From NCBI GenBank assembly GCA_050250895.1, contig JBFWNU010000008.1:32001-96000 (forward strand): a DNA stretch of 64,000 nt, read 5' to 3'. The notes beneath the pieces are model-generated. The model made no database searches. It saw nothing but the letters and a program-made list of their open reading frames with translations, and was not told where the DNA came from. How positions within the stretch are numbered: position 1 is the first letter of the stretch; every line of letters begins with the position of its first letter. The stretch comes from Vulcanimicrobiota bacterium (GTDB taxonomy: Bacteria; Vulcanimicrobiota; Xenobia; Xenobiales; JADMJV01). Shown in pieces: positions 1-8,848 of this stretch. The position numbers were made by a program, and so were the translations under genes.

Positions 1-1212
1 GTCGAGGCCAACCTCGAGGGAGTGCGATGCTGGTGGGTGGCTCGAGCCGAGCGCCAGCGGGCCGAAGAGCGCGGCTGGATGATCCTCGAACCCGAAGAAG
101 CTTTCCTCAGCCAGCTCTCGAGTCTGGCCCGGGCCCGTCTCCACGAGCTTGAAGAGTGGGGCCAGTATTTCAGCAACCCCAGCAACACTCAGCTAGAACG
201 CTTTCGCGAGCGGGTCATTCAACGTCTCGACAACGGCCTGTCGGTTCATCCCATCGACTACTTCGCCAATCGCTTCGAGCGGCACGGCGAACTGGGCTAT
301 GAGAATTCCGACCCGATGGGAATCGACGACTCCTGCGACATGGTGGCCGCGATGATTTTTCAGAGTCTGGCTCTGTATCTCAAGGATGCGGTCACCCGTC
401 GCCTCAACAGCAACCAGCTCGAGCGCCTCAATCGGGCTCTGCTGATGATTTGGGAGTTCTCTGAAGACGAGCGAGAGCAGTTGATGCGGCGCGCGCGCTT
501 CTGGAATCTCTACGATGACGAAGAGGCGGTGCGTTCGGTCGTTCACCTCATGAGCCAGGGCCGCGAGGTGCGCTCGCGACTGAGGCCCCAGCGCCGCTTG
601 GCCCTGTTGTTGTCGTGCCTGGAAGAACCCAGCCGAACCCGCATCATTAATCGAGTGGCCACCCAGTTGAGCGACCGCGAGTTGGGCGAATTGGCCTCGG
701 AGCTCTCCAATATTCCACCCTGCACCATCTTGACCTCGGCCGCCCTGACCGATCCCCTCGAGCGCGAGCGCACCCAGGTGGTGGGCGAGTTCATCGACTC
801 GGTCGAGCAAGCCTCGGAACAACCCGTGTCGGAGTTCATCGAAGAAGAGGCTATCGGCTACGTGCGCCGCGATCCGTCCCGGGCCGCGGTGGTGGTTCGC
901 CAATTGTGGTTTTTCGATGACCCCATCGAACGATTGCGCCGAGCGGCCTTTCGGACCCCGGAACGGATCGCCCAGATGATCTTGTTCTGTCGCTCGCGCC
1001 AGCCCGGCTACTATCTCTGGGGACCTGAAAAGATTGCCATCTTGCTGGACTGCCTGCCGGCCAACCTGGCTCGCACCCTGAGGCGAGCCCTGGCCCGCAC
1101 GGCCCTGCCTCCGCAGCAGCCCGGAGAAATCACCAGTGAGCGTCGCCAACGAGTGCTCTACGAGTTCGTCAGGCGCTCGCGCGCGTTGTCCCGCCAGACT
1201 TCGAACAATTGA
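1..1212 (+). CDS. 5'-truncated protein with an FlhA/FHIPEP-C-like segment and FliG-like helical segments
   Basis: Frame is open from base 1. WVARAERQRAEERGWMILEPEEAFLSQLSSLARARLHEL resembles the FlhA cytoplasmic domain; PQRRLALLLSCL..LSDRELGELASELSNI and GPEKIAILLDCLP resemble FliG helices. Confidence 0.5.
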   Translation, partial: VEANLEGVRCWWVARAERQRAEERGWMILEPEEAFLSQLSSLARARLHELEEWGQYFSNPSNTQLERFRERVIQRLDNGLSVHPIDYFANRFERHGELGYENSDPMGIDDSCDMVAAMIFQSLALYLKDAVTRRLNSNQLERLNRALLMIWEFSEDEREQLMRRARFWNLYDDEEAVRSVVHLMSQGREVRSRLRPQRRLALLLSCLEEPSRTRIINRVATQLSDRELGELASELSNIPPCTILTSAALTDPLERERTQVVGEFIDSVEQASEQPVSEFIEEEAIGYVRRDPSRAAVVVRQLWFFDDPIERLRRAAFRTPERIAQMILFCRSRQPGYYLWGPEKIAILLDCLPANLARTLRRALARTALPPQQPGEITSERRQRVLYEFVRRSRALSRQTSNN

Positions 1213-1270
1213 GCCTGCCAATTATGTAACATCGGGCCGGCCGGTCGGTCCAAGCCGTCAGGAGGGAACG

Positions 1271-2221
1271 ATGAACGCAATTTTCAGATACATTCTCGCA
1301 ATCACCTGCACCCTGGCCTTGTTGGGCGGTGCCCCTGAAGCCCAGGCTCGTCCCCAGCGCGGCGGCGGAGCCCGTCAGAGCACCGGCACCAAGACCTATA
1401 ACCGCGGCGGAACCCACACCCGGACCAACGCTCAGGGTCAAGCTCGCACGGGCACCTGGCAAGGTCAGGGGACTTTCACCCGCGGTCAGGGTGAGGCATC
1501 CAAGAGCTACAAAGGCACAGTCTCTAACGATCGCGGCCAGAGCGCCGACGTCGAGCGCCAGACCAATTGGCGGCGCAACGACGACGGCTATACCAAGTCG
1601 GGCAGCCAGACGGTCACTGGGCCCGAGGGCCATTCGCGCACTACCGAGGGCAGCAAGACCTGGACCAACAACCAGGACGGTAGCGCCACCAAGACTTACG
1701 AGAAGACCATCACCAACGACCAGGGCCAGTCCAAGACCGTGGAAGGCTCGGCCACCTATACCAATACCGGCGATGGCACTTATTCCAAGGAGGGCTCACG
1801 CACGGTCACCGGGCCCAACGGCGAAGCTCACACCAGCACCAGCAGTGGGACCGGTTCGGTTACTCGCAGCCCTGAGGGGGTCAACCACACCTACCAGGGC
1901 ACTGTCACCAAAGATCAGGGCGAGACCTTCAATGTTGATCGCGGCGCCGATTACAGCCGCAATGGCGAGGGGGGAGCCACCCGCGAGGGCCACTACAACG
2001 TGACCAACAGCCAGGGCGAGAGCGTGGGCTCGGGCCAGGCCACCACCACTTACACCCCTGGTCAGGGCGCTCAGACCGAGTCTACTCGCACGAACGCCAC
2101 CGGGACCAGCACCCGAAACGCCCGTTGGTACTGGGACGGTTCCAGGTGGGTGAAAACGGTCGAGACCCAGGGTCCCAAGGGGCAGTCGACCGAGACCACT
2201 ACCACTTCCGAGAAGCAGTAA
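1271..2221 (+). CDS. Secreted Thr/Gly-rich beta-repeat protein
   Basis: GGAGGG RBS before ATG 1271; signal peptide ending AQA; repeated K-x-Y-x-G-T-V-T-x-x-x-G-like units. Confidence 0.75.
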   Translation: MNAIFRYILAITCTLALLGGAPEAQARPQRGGGARQSTGTKTYNRGGTHTRTNAQGQARTGTWQGQGTFTRGQGEASKSYKGTVSNDRGQSADVERQTNWRRNDDGYTKSGSQTVTGPEGHSRTTEGSKTWTNNQDGSATKTYEKTITNDQGQSKTVEGSATYTNTGDGTYSKEGSRTVTGPNGEAHTSTSSGTGSVTRSPEGVNHTYQGTVTKDQGETFNVDRGADYSRNGEGGATREGHYNVTNSQGESVGSGQATTTYTPGQGAQTESTRTNATGTSTRNARWYWDGSRWVKTVETQGPKGQSTETTTTSEKQ

Positions 2222-3757
2222 CTAGCCCAGCGTTACCGCGCCTGTCGAGGGCTCTCCCTCGTTGACGTGGGATCTGGCCAGGTAGTCGGTCGGTTTGCCC
2301 CAGCGGTCGCCCAGAGTGTGACCGTCGACCGTATCGACGTAGTAGGCGTGCCCGCCTCCATAGACGACCGCACCGTTCTGGCCGGGCACATCGGCCAGAG
2401 CAAGGGGTCGCACCAGGTCGTCGAGTCCTAATAGATGGGGAACCGTCCGCGAGCCTTCACCGTTGTTCAGGCTTAGTAACGCCTGCCCAAAAGTGAAGGC
2501 TCCTTCGTGTCCCTCTAACTGGGCTCGCTTGGCCGCTGCCGTGAAGAGCAGGTTCGCATAGCTCCTGGTATCGTTGCGCTCGCCCGCATAGTGGCTGGCG
2601 GTGGTGCCCGCCTCGAGTTCCTGGCCGGTCAGGTTGAGTTGATACCCGTCGCGCATCACCACCTCGTAGCCGCCCTGCTGGTTGGGAGTGAAGCTCTCGA
2701 GAATGGCTCCCCCATAGTGGTCCATGGCCGCCTTGATGAAGGCTGTGGCGACACAGTTGCCGCGGTCGGTCTGGTGGAAGGCCGTAAACAGATCCGACGC
2801 AAGTTCGCCCCCGGCGGCCACCCGTTCGAGCGCCTCGCGGTCAAGCGAGGTCCACTGGTTCGCGGCTTCCGGGGTGGGGCTGTAGTTGACCTCTTTGACA
2901 TCCTCACGACTGATGACGCCGTCGAGTTGTTGACCCGGCCAATGGGTTTGGACCCGTGTCGGCGTGAAAGCCGCGTTGGCGACGTCAAAACCGTTGAAGA
3001 GGTTGGGGTGGCCAAGAAACTCCACGGCCACCTCGCGAAACTTCCCGGGGGTGGCGGGATCGTGGATGATGGCTTGCAGGTCCTGGCGGCTGAAGGTGTC
3101 GTCGATTGCTCCGCGAGCATCGAAGTATTCGAAGGCGCTGGTTTGGTCGACTCGGCTGTGCAGGTCAGATTCCAGGTCGACAAAGGTCAGGGCGCCGGCA
3201 TCGGGCTCGAGTTCGACGAATCGCTGCAGATCGCTGGCGGTGATCTCCCGGGTGACGCGACTGTCGCCGGCCACATCCATGCTGGTGAGGAGGATGGGGT
3301 CCGCCAACAGTTCTTGAGCCGCCAGTCGGGGCTCTTCGGGCAGTGCCTGGTCGGCTGCCACTCGCTGCAGGTCTGGGAGCGAGTAGCTGCCCCCAACCCG
3401 GGCCAGGCCCATGGAATCGAGCAGGCTGGTGGCCACCTGCTCGTAGCTCATCTCGGCGTCGCCCGAGTATCCAACCATCATCTCGGGGGCGGGCCGCGGC
3501 GGGGGTTGATTCACGAAGGTCGCCATCGCGGTCACGGCCAGGGCGGCACCGGCCAGACCCGCCAACCAGCGTCCCTTTCGCCTGGAGCGGCTCGAGTGGG
3601 TCGAGGGCGCAGGCGGCGGGCTGACATCCAGATAGTCGGTCGGCCCGAGTCGAGCCCGGGGAGGAGTGGCTCTAGCCAGGGGCGCGGCCTCGGGGCTCCG
3701 GCCGCTAGACAGACAGGAGGCGCGGTGTTCTACACCGATGGAACTGACGGACAGCAT
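2222..3757 (-). CDS. Single-TM protein with EF-hand/HrpF-like repeats and a putative papain-like C-terminal domain
   Basis: 511-aa ORF; TM WLAGLAGAALAVTAMATFV; QTDRGNC, GGGHAY and GDRWG motifs. Confidence 0.55.
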   Translation of the reverse strand: MLSVSSIGVEHRASCLSSGRSPEAAPLARATPPRARLGPTDYLDVSPPPAPSTHSSRSRRKGRWLAGLAGAALAVTAMATFVNQPPPRPAPEMMVGYSGDAEMSYEQVATSLLDSMGLARVGGSYSLPDLQRVAADQALPEEPRLAAQELLADPILLTSMDVAGDSRVTREITASDLQRFVELEPDAGALTFVDLESDLHSRVDQTSAFEYFDARGAIDDTFSRQDLQAIIHDPATPGKFREVAVEFLGHPNLFNGFDVANAAFTPTRVQTHWPGQQLDGVISREDVKEVNYSPTPEAANQWTSLDREALERVAAGGELASDLFTAFHQTDRGNCVATAFIKAAMDHYGGAILESFTPNQQGGYEVVMRDGYQLNLTGQELEAGTTASHYAGERNDTRSYANLLFTAAAKRAQLEGHEGAFTFGQALLSLNNGEGSRTVPHLLGLDDLVRPLALADVPGQNGAVVYGGGHAYYVDTVDGHTLGDRWGKPTDYLARSHVNEGEPSTGAVTLG

Positions 3758-3877
3758 GGCTTATTCTACGATCCGCCGGTTGGACAACTGCTGGCCGGGC
3801 GTCGAAATTGTAAATCGTTTATGCCGAAGGGATCCTCGGAGGGCTTGTGAAATACTTCACAAAGTCGGAGGTAACCA

Positions 3878-4963
3878 ATGACACTGCTAACACCCACCGC
3901 CCGAGAACAGATCGAGGAGCGGGTGCAGCGGGGGGAACGCCTCTCTTCTGAAGAGGGGCTGGCGCTTTACAACGAACCCGACCTGGAGTGGGTCGGCCGC
4001 CTGGCCAACCTGGTTCGCGAGCGCCGCTATCAGGACCGGACCACCTACGTGGTCAACATGCACCTCAACTACTCCAACCTGTGCACCTTGTCGTGCATGT
4101 TCTGCGCTTTCGCCAAGAAACGGGGCGAAGAGGGTGCCTACGAGATGTCTCTCGACGAGATGGTCGAGCGGGTGGCCGTACTCGGCGACATCGACGGCGC
4201 CGAGGTCCATATCGTGGGCGGACTGCACCCCGACTATCCCTATGAGTACTATCCGCGGCTGTTGGCCACCTTACGCGCGCGCTATCCCAAAGTTCACCTC
4301 AAGGCGTTCACCGCCGTCGAGATAGACTACTTTGCCGAGTTGGCGGGCAAAGACGTGGACTGGGTCCTGCAAGATCTGCGCGACCACGGGCTAGGCTCGA
4401 TGCCCGGGGGGGGAGCCGAGGTGCTCACCGAGCGGATCCATCAAAAGTTGTACCGCGATAAAATGGGGCCCGACCGCTGGCTGGAGGTGCACGCCCGCGC
4501 CCACCATTTCGGGATTCGCACCAGTGCCACGCTGTTGGCCGGTCATATCGAGACCCTCGAAGAACGCGTGGTCCACTTGCAACGCCTGCGTGATTTGCAG
4601 GACCAGACCGGCGGGTTTCTGGCTTACATCCCGCTTCGCTTTCACCCCGACAACACGCCTTTGCGCAAACTGCCTTTTATGGACTCCGACCAGATCTTGC
4701 GCAACGTGGCCGTGGGACGGCTGATGTTGGACAACTTCGACCACATCAAGGCCTATTGGGTGATGAGCGGCCTCGACACGGCGGCCCGTTCCCAGTGGTT
4801 CGGGGCTGACGACTTTGACGGCACGGTGGTGGACGAGCGGATCACCCATATGGCCGGCTGCGAGACTCCCGTAGGGGTGACTGAAGACAGTCTGACCAGG
4901 CTGATTCGAGACTCTGGTCGCCGGCCGGTCCGCCGCGACGCTCTCTATAACCCGGTCGGCTGA
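3878..4963 (+). CDS. mqnE: Aminofutalosine synthase (radical SAM, CofH/MqnC/MqnE family)
   Basis: CTLSCMFC; HIVGGLHP; HLKAFTAVEI; SMPGGGAE; LDNFDHIKAYWVM; FGADDFDGTVVDERITHMAG. Confidence 0.88.
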   Translation: MTLLTPTAREQIEERVQRGERLSSEEGLALYNEPDLEWVGRLANLVRERRYQDRTTYVVNMHLNYSNLCTLSCMFCAFAKKRGEEGAYEMSLDEMVERVAVLGDIDGAEVHIVGGLHPDYPYEYYPRLLATLRARYPKVHLKAFTAVEIDYFAELAGKDVDWVLQDLRDHGLGSMPGGGAEVLTERIHQKLYRDKMGPDRWLEVHARAHHFGIRTSATLLAGHIETLEERVVHLQRLRDLQDQTGGFLAYIPLRFHPDNTPLRKLPFMDSDQILRNVAVGRLMLDNFDHIKAYWVMSGLDTAARSQWFGADDFDGTVVDERITHMAGCETPVGVTEDSLTRLIRDSGRRPVRRDALYNPVG

Positions 4964-5721
4964 TGGAGTTGACGGTCCTGGGGTCGGGCACGGTCAACCC
5001 TTGTTTTGCGCGGGTCAGTTCGGGCTATTGGGTGAAGACGGCCGAGGCGAACCTGGTCCTTGACCTGGGAGCCGGCGTGTTGCGCCGAATGATCGAGTTC
5101 AACCTCGAGCCCTACCATCTGGATGCGCTCATTTTCAGTCACATCCACCCCGACCATACAGCCGACCTGGTGCCGTTGCTGTTTGCTCTTAACTACGCCC
5201 CGCCACCCTGGCGGCGCGAGCGGCCGCTGACCCTCTACGGGCCGACCGGGTTTGAGGAGTTCTATCGGGCCTTGCAGCTGGCCTGGCCCTGGGTCGGCCC
5301 GAAGGTTTGCCCCATCGAGGTGGTCGAGATCGGTAGCCAGCCCGTGGCCCGCCAGGATTGGAGGCTGTCTCCCTTTCCGGCCGTCCATTCCGGGCTCGAG
5401 GCTCGTTGCTATCGGCTCGAATCGGCCGGGCGCGTGCTGGCTTATTCCGGCGACACCGCGCCTTGCCCAGGCCTCGAGCAGGCTGCCGCCGGAGCCGATC
5501 TGTTCCTGTGCGAGTGCTCGCTGGCCAAAGGGATGGAGCGGGTTGGCGATCATTTGTGTAGCGACGAGGTCGGGGCCGTGGCCAGGCGGGCCGGGGCCGG
5601 GCGGCTGCTGTTGACCCACCTTTATCCGCAGCTTTCTCTGCCAGAGCTTTTGGCCGATGCGGCCGAGGCTTTTGGCGGTCCCGTCGAGGCGGCCCGGGAC
5701 GGAGGAGTCTATGCTGTCTGA
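4963..5721 (+). CDS. MBL-fold metallohydrolase, RNase Z-like
   Basis: LTVLGSG start; SHIHPDH; YSGDT; LLLTHLYP. Confidence 0.85.
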   Translation: MELTVLGSGTVNPCFARVSSGYWVKTAEANLVLDLGAGVLRRMIEFNLEPYHLDALIFSHIHPDHTADLVPLLFALNYAPPPWRRERPLTLYGPTGFEEFYRALQLAWPWVGPKVCPIEVVEIGSQPVARQDWRLSPFPAVHSGLEARCYRLESAGRVLAYSGDTAPCPGLEQAAAGADLFLCECSLAKGMERVGDHLCSDEVGAVARRAGAGRLLLTHLYPQLSLPELLADAAEAFGGPVEAARDGGVYAV

Positions 5722-6481
5722 GGTCGACTTCGGCCGGACGGGGTTGCGGGTGAGCCGCCTTTGCGCCGGCACCGGCAGCTCGGGAAATGGAGCTGAATCG
5801 ATGCAGGGGCGCCAGGCGCCCGATGAGTATGCCGACGTGTTGGAGCGGGCCTTCGAGCTGGGCATTCGCTTCTGGGACACCGCCCTCCAGTACGGCACCC
5901 ATCCCCATTTGCGCACTGCCCTGGCCCGGGTGGGACGCCAGGCCGTGGTCATCGGTTCCAAGACCCACGCGGCCGGAGCCGAGCAGGCCCGGGCTGATGT
6001 GGGCCGCTGCCTGGACGAGATGGGTCTCGAGCGACTCGACATCATTCTGATGCACGAGGTCGACAGTCTCGAGCAGCTCGAGCAGCGCCAGCCGGCTCTG
6101 GCCGAACTCGAGCGTCAGCGCGACCAGGGCCGGGTGGCTGTGGTCGGATTGTCTACCCACTCCATCGATGTGCTCGAACGGATCTGCGGCGACCTTCGCT
6201 ACGGCTGTGTCTTCACCAATTACAACCTGGCCAATCTTCACATGGACGCCTCGATCGAGGACTATGAGACGGCGCTCAAGCGAGCCTACGCCGCGGGTCA
6301 GGGGGTCTACGTCCACAAGACCCTTGCCGAAGGCAGGTTAGCCGACCGGTTTCGGGAAGCACTGGTACACAACTTGACTCGGCCGTTTCTGCACTCCGTG
6401 AGCGTTGGAATGACCAGCCAAGAGGAGGTCGAAGCGGCCTGGCGGGTCGCCCAACAACACGATGTTTCGAGTCTGCCCTAG
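5711..6481 (+). CDS. Aldo/keto reductase
   Basis: GGAGG RBS; FGRTGLRVSRLCAGT; GIRFWDTALQYG; DIILMH; VGLSTH. Confidence 0.85.
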   Translation: MLSEVDFGRTGLRVSRLCAGTGSSGNGAESMQGRQAPDEYADVLERAFELGIRFWDTALQYGTHPHLRTALARVGRQAVVIGSKTHAAGAEQARADVGRCLDEMGLERLDIILMHEVDSLEQLEQRQPALAELERQRDQGRVAVVGLSTHSIDVLERICGDLRYGCVFTNYNLANLHMDASIEDYETALKRAYAAGQGVYVHKTLAEGRLADRFREALVHNLTRPFLHSVSVGMTSQEEVEAAWRVAQQHDVSSLP

Positions 6482-6953
6482 AGATCAGACCACTTTGGTC
6501 AAAAGTCGCTTCATGACCGAGGTCATGGACGCCTGTTCGCAGTGCGACGGCGTGTGGCTCGAACGGGGCGAGATGGAAAAGATCCTGGGACTGCCGGATG
6601 ATCTCTTTCGCGGCCAGGACCGCCCCGACCCGAAAGGAGCGGCCGCCTGCCCCGACTGTCACGTCTCGATGAAGACGGTCTGGTTCTCGATGGACGAGCG
6701 CGTGCTCATCGACCGCTGTGAGCAGTGCGGCGGGGTGTGGCTCGATGCCGAAGAGTTGCGCGAGTTAGTGCAGGAAGTCTATCGCCACAAGGAGCGGACC
6801 CAGGTGTTGGTCGGCGACGACGGCCACTTTCATCATCGGTCGGGCGACTGCCCGCGCCTGAGCGGTGAGCCCCGCACGATTTCGTGGGGCTCCGCGCTGG
6901 CTCAAGAAAAGACTGCCTGCTCCGAGTGTTCGCCGCTGCGCGAGCCTTCCTGA
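6462..6953 (+). CDS. Tandem zf-TFIIB-type zinc-ribbon protein with an extra C-terminal His/Cys domain
   Basis: CPRD..CSQCDGVWLERGE; CPDC..CEQCGGVWLDAEEL; HHRSGDC..CSEC. Confidence 0.75.
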   Translation: MFRVCPRDQTTLVKSRFMTEVMDACSQCDGVWLERGEMEKILGLPDDLFRGQDRPDPKGAAACPDCHVSMKTVWFSMDERVLIDRCEQCGGVWLDAEELRELVQEVYRHKERTQVLVGDDGHFHHRSGDCPRLSGEPRTISWGSALAQEKTACSECSPLREPS

Positions 6954-7723
6954 AGCTCGGTCAAAAAGCGACAGATCTCGCGCTCGAGGCGCTTGCAGCC
7001 ATAATCGACCGGCAACACGTGGTAGGCTCGTTTCAACCAGATCAACCGCCGTTTTAGCGAGGCCACCTGCTCGATGATGTAGGGGGCGTTGGAGGGGGGA
7101 ACGGTGTGGTCCGAGCGCGATTGAGCCACCAGGATAGGGCACTCGACCAGAGCCAGGTTCTGGCGAGCCGTGTCCAGCAACTGCAAGAACTCTCCCACCG
7201 CTTTGACGGGCAGCGTCTTGTGGACGCCGTCTCGGCGGCGGCGCCGCGCTCCTCGATTGGCCACGTCAAAGACCAGAGGCAGGGCCGAGGTCGCCTGGCG
7301 TCCGGCCGGGAAGATCCTCTTCTCCCAATCTTCGAAAAAGACAGGAGTAGCCAGCAACACCAGGGCGTAAGGGCGATATCGTTCGGCCAGACTCAGAGCC
7401 AGGGTGCCACCCATCGAAAAGCCCACCACCACGACCTTGTTGTAGCGCGCTTTGAGCAGGCGGAAACAGGCCTCGGCGGCCTCGAGCCAATCGGCCCTGG
7501 TCACCTCTTGAAAGTCAGCCAGGCTTTCGCCGTGACCTGGCAACAAGGGCGCAAAACTTGCAAAGCCCGAGGCCGAGAGGCTCTCGCCGAAACTACGCAT
7601 GGTATAGGGCGAGCAGCCCAGGCCGTGCAAAAGAAGGACGCCGGGATTGCCGGGCACGCCGGGAAGTTCGAAGGGGGTGAAAAGGCCGTTGCGGACGGGG
7701 TGGTCAGGAGCGACGAGGGCCAC
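6902..7723 (-). CDS. Carboxylesterase/lipase (alpha/beta hydrolase)
   Basis: LLLHGL; GFSMGG nucleophile elbow; SDHTV; AYHV. Confidence 0.85.
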   Translation of the reverse strand: MALVAPDHPVRNGLFTPFELPGVPGNPGVLLLHGLGCSPYTMRSFGESLSASGFASFAPLLPGHGESLADFQEVTRADWLEAAEACFRLLKARYNKVVVVGFSMGGTLALSLAERYRPYALVLLATPVFFEDWEKRIFPAGRQATSALPLVFDVANRGARRRRRDGVHKTLPVKAVGEFLQLLDTARQNLALVECPILVAQSRSDHTVPPSNAPYIIEQVASLKRRLIWLKRAYHVLPVDYGCKRLEREICRFLTELQEGSRSGEHSEQAVFS

Positions 7724-8264
7724 GCAGGAAGCTCCTATGTAAACCTGCCCCCCGTGCTGCCCACAGATTTTGGTAAACCGAGTACATCTTTTGATGGATC
7801 AATCCATCCGGAAGACCTGACGGGATCACGGTGCGATGAGCGGTGTGCTCGCCCGAGGTGCTGACCTCGTAGTGCGAGATGCGCGCGGTCACTCGCTCGA
7901 GCAGGCCGGCTTCGTCGCTGCGACTGTGAATCAGCAGCGGCAGGTCGAGGCGACGCCCCATGATGTGGCCCCGCAGGCGCGAGATCAGATCGTGGCTGTG
8001 CAGAATGTGTGGCTTCCAGTTCGTGAGCACATAGTAGAGGTCGAGCAGGCTGGCGGTCTCGCGCAACGGGCTGAACGGCCCGGCCCAGGGTAGGGGCACC
8101 AGATAGTCGCAAACCTCCTTGAACTCCTCGAGATGTTCCTCTAAGCAGCCCATCAAGCCGACTTCGACACCGTGCTGGCGGAGGAACCCCATCCAGGAGT
8201 GCAGAAACCTGCCGGCCTTCCGGTCGGTTTCAATCAGATGCAAGACTCGGAACGAGTGGGTCAC
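7704..8264 (-). CDS. Glycosyltransferase family 4 N-terminal-domain-only protein
   Basis: RVLHLIET; KPHILHSH; TVIPSGL; ends MYSVYQNL. Start codon uncertain. Confidence 0.5.
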   Translation of the reverse strand: MTHSFRVLHLIETDRKAGRFLHSWMGFLRQHGVEVGLMGCLEEHLEEFKEVCDYLVPLPWAGPFSPLRETASLLDLYYVLTNWKPHILHSHDLISRLRGHIMGRRLDLPLLIHSRSDEAGLLERVTARISHYEVSTSGEHTAHRTVIPSGLPDGLIHQKMYSVYQNLWAARGAGLHRSFLRGPRRS

Positions 8265-8350
8265 ACGTTTGCACTTCGTTTCGTGCAACCGGGCTCCTCC
8301 CCAGAGCGGGTGGCCAGAAAGGTAGAAAGAGCTTGAAACCAGCGACACGC

Positions 8351-8848
8351 ATGCGATGGCTTTTAGGGCTGGCGGTGCTGCTCATGTTCGTGCCCACTTT
8401 CTTGTTCGCGGCCGGACCTTTACGTCGCCCTCCGATGTTCGAAGGTGATCGCATTCAAGAGATGGAGTGTCGACGCTGTTCGGGTGCTGGCAAGGAGGGC
8501 GCCGAAGAGTGTCGTCTATGCCGGGGTCGGGGGCGCACCGACTATATCCTACCAGGACCCAACCGTCCCACCCAGGTCATCGGCACCGTCCTTAACGGCG
8601 GCGGCCACCCGGTGGAGGGGGCCAACATTCTGGTCAAGTCCTCGTTCGGTGAACTCAGTTATCGCACCAACGGCGACGGGCAATTCGGGGTGAAGCTTCC
8701 CCCGGGCCGCTACACGATCGAAGCCTCGCAAGAAGGGGCCGGCCAGGCGGTGCAAGAGGTCGATGTGGTGGCCTCGGTCGAGCCTCTGCCAGCGGCGATG
8801 CCCACCACCCTGGCCGAGATGGCGATTGAACTCAGCTTAAAGCCTTGA
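8351..8848 (+). CDS. Exported protein with a CxxCxGxG zinc finger and a carboxypeptidase-regulatory-like domain
   Basis: Hydrophobic N-terminus; CRRCSGAG and CRLCRGRG; GTVLNGGGHPVEGA..TNGDGQF..LPPGRYTIEA. Confidence 0.7.
   Translation: MRWLLGLAVLLMFVPTFLFAAGPLRRPPMFEGDRIQEMECRRCSGAGKEGAEECRLCRGRGRTDYILPGPNRPTQVIGTVLNGGGHPVEGANILVKSSFGELSYRTNGDGQFGVKLPPGRYTIEASQEGAGQAVQEVDVVASVEPLPAAMPTTLAEMAIELSLKP

Noticed and set aside
3878-4963. CofH or MqnC instead of MqnE
   Set aside because: KAFTAVEI, HIKAYW and DGTVVDERITH fit MqnE better.
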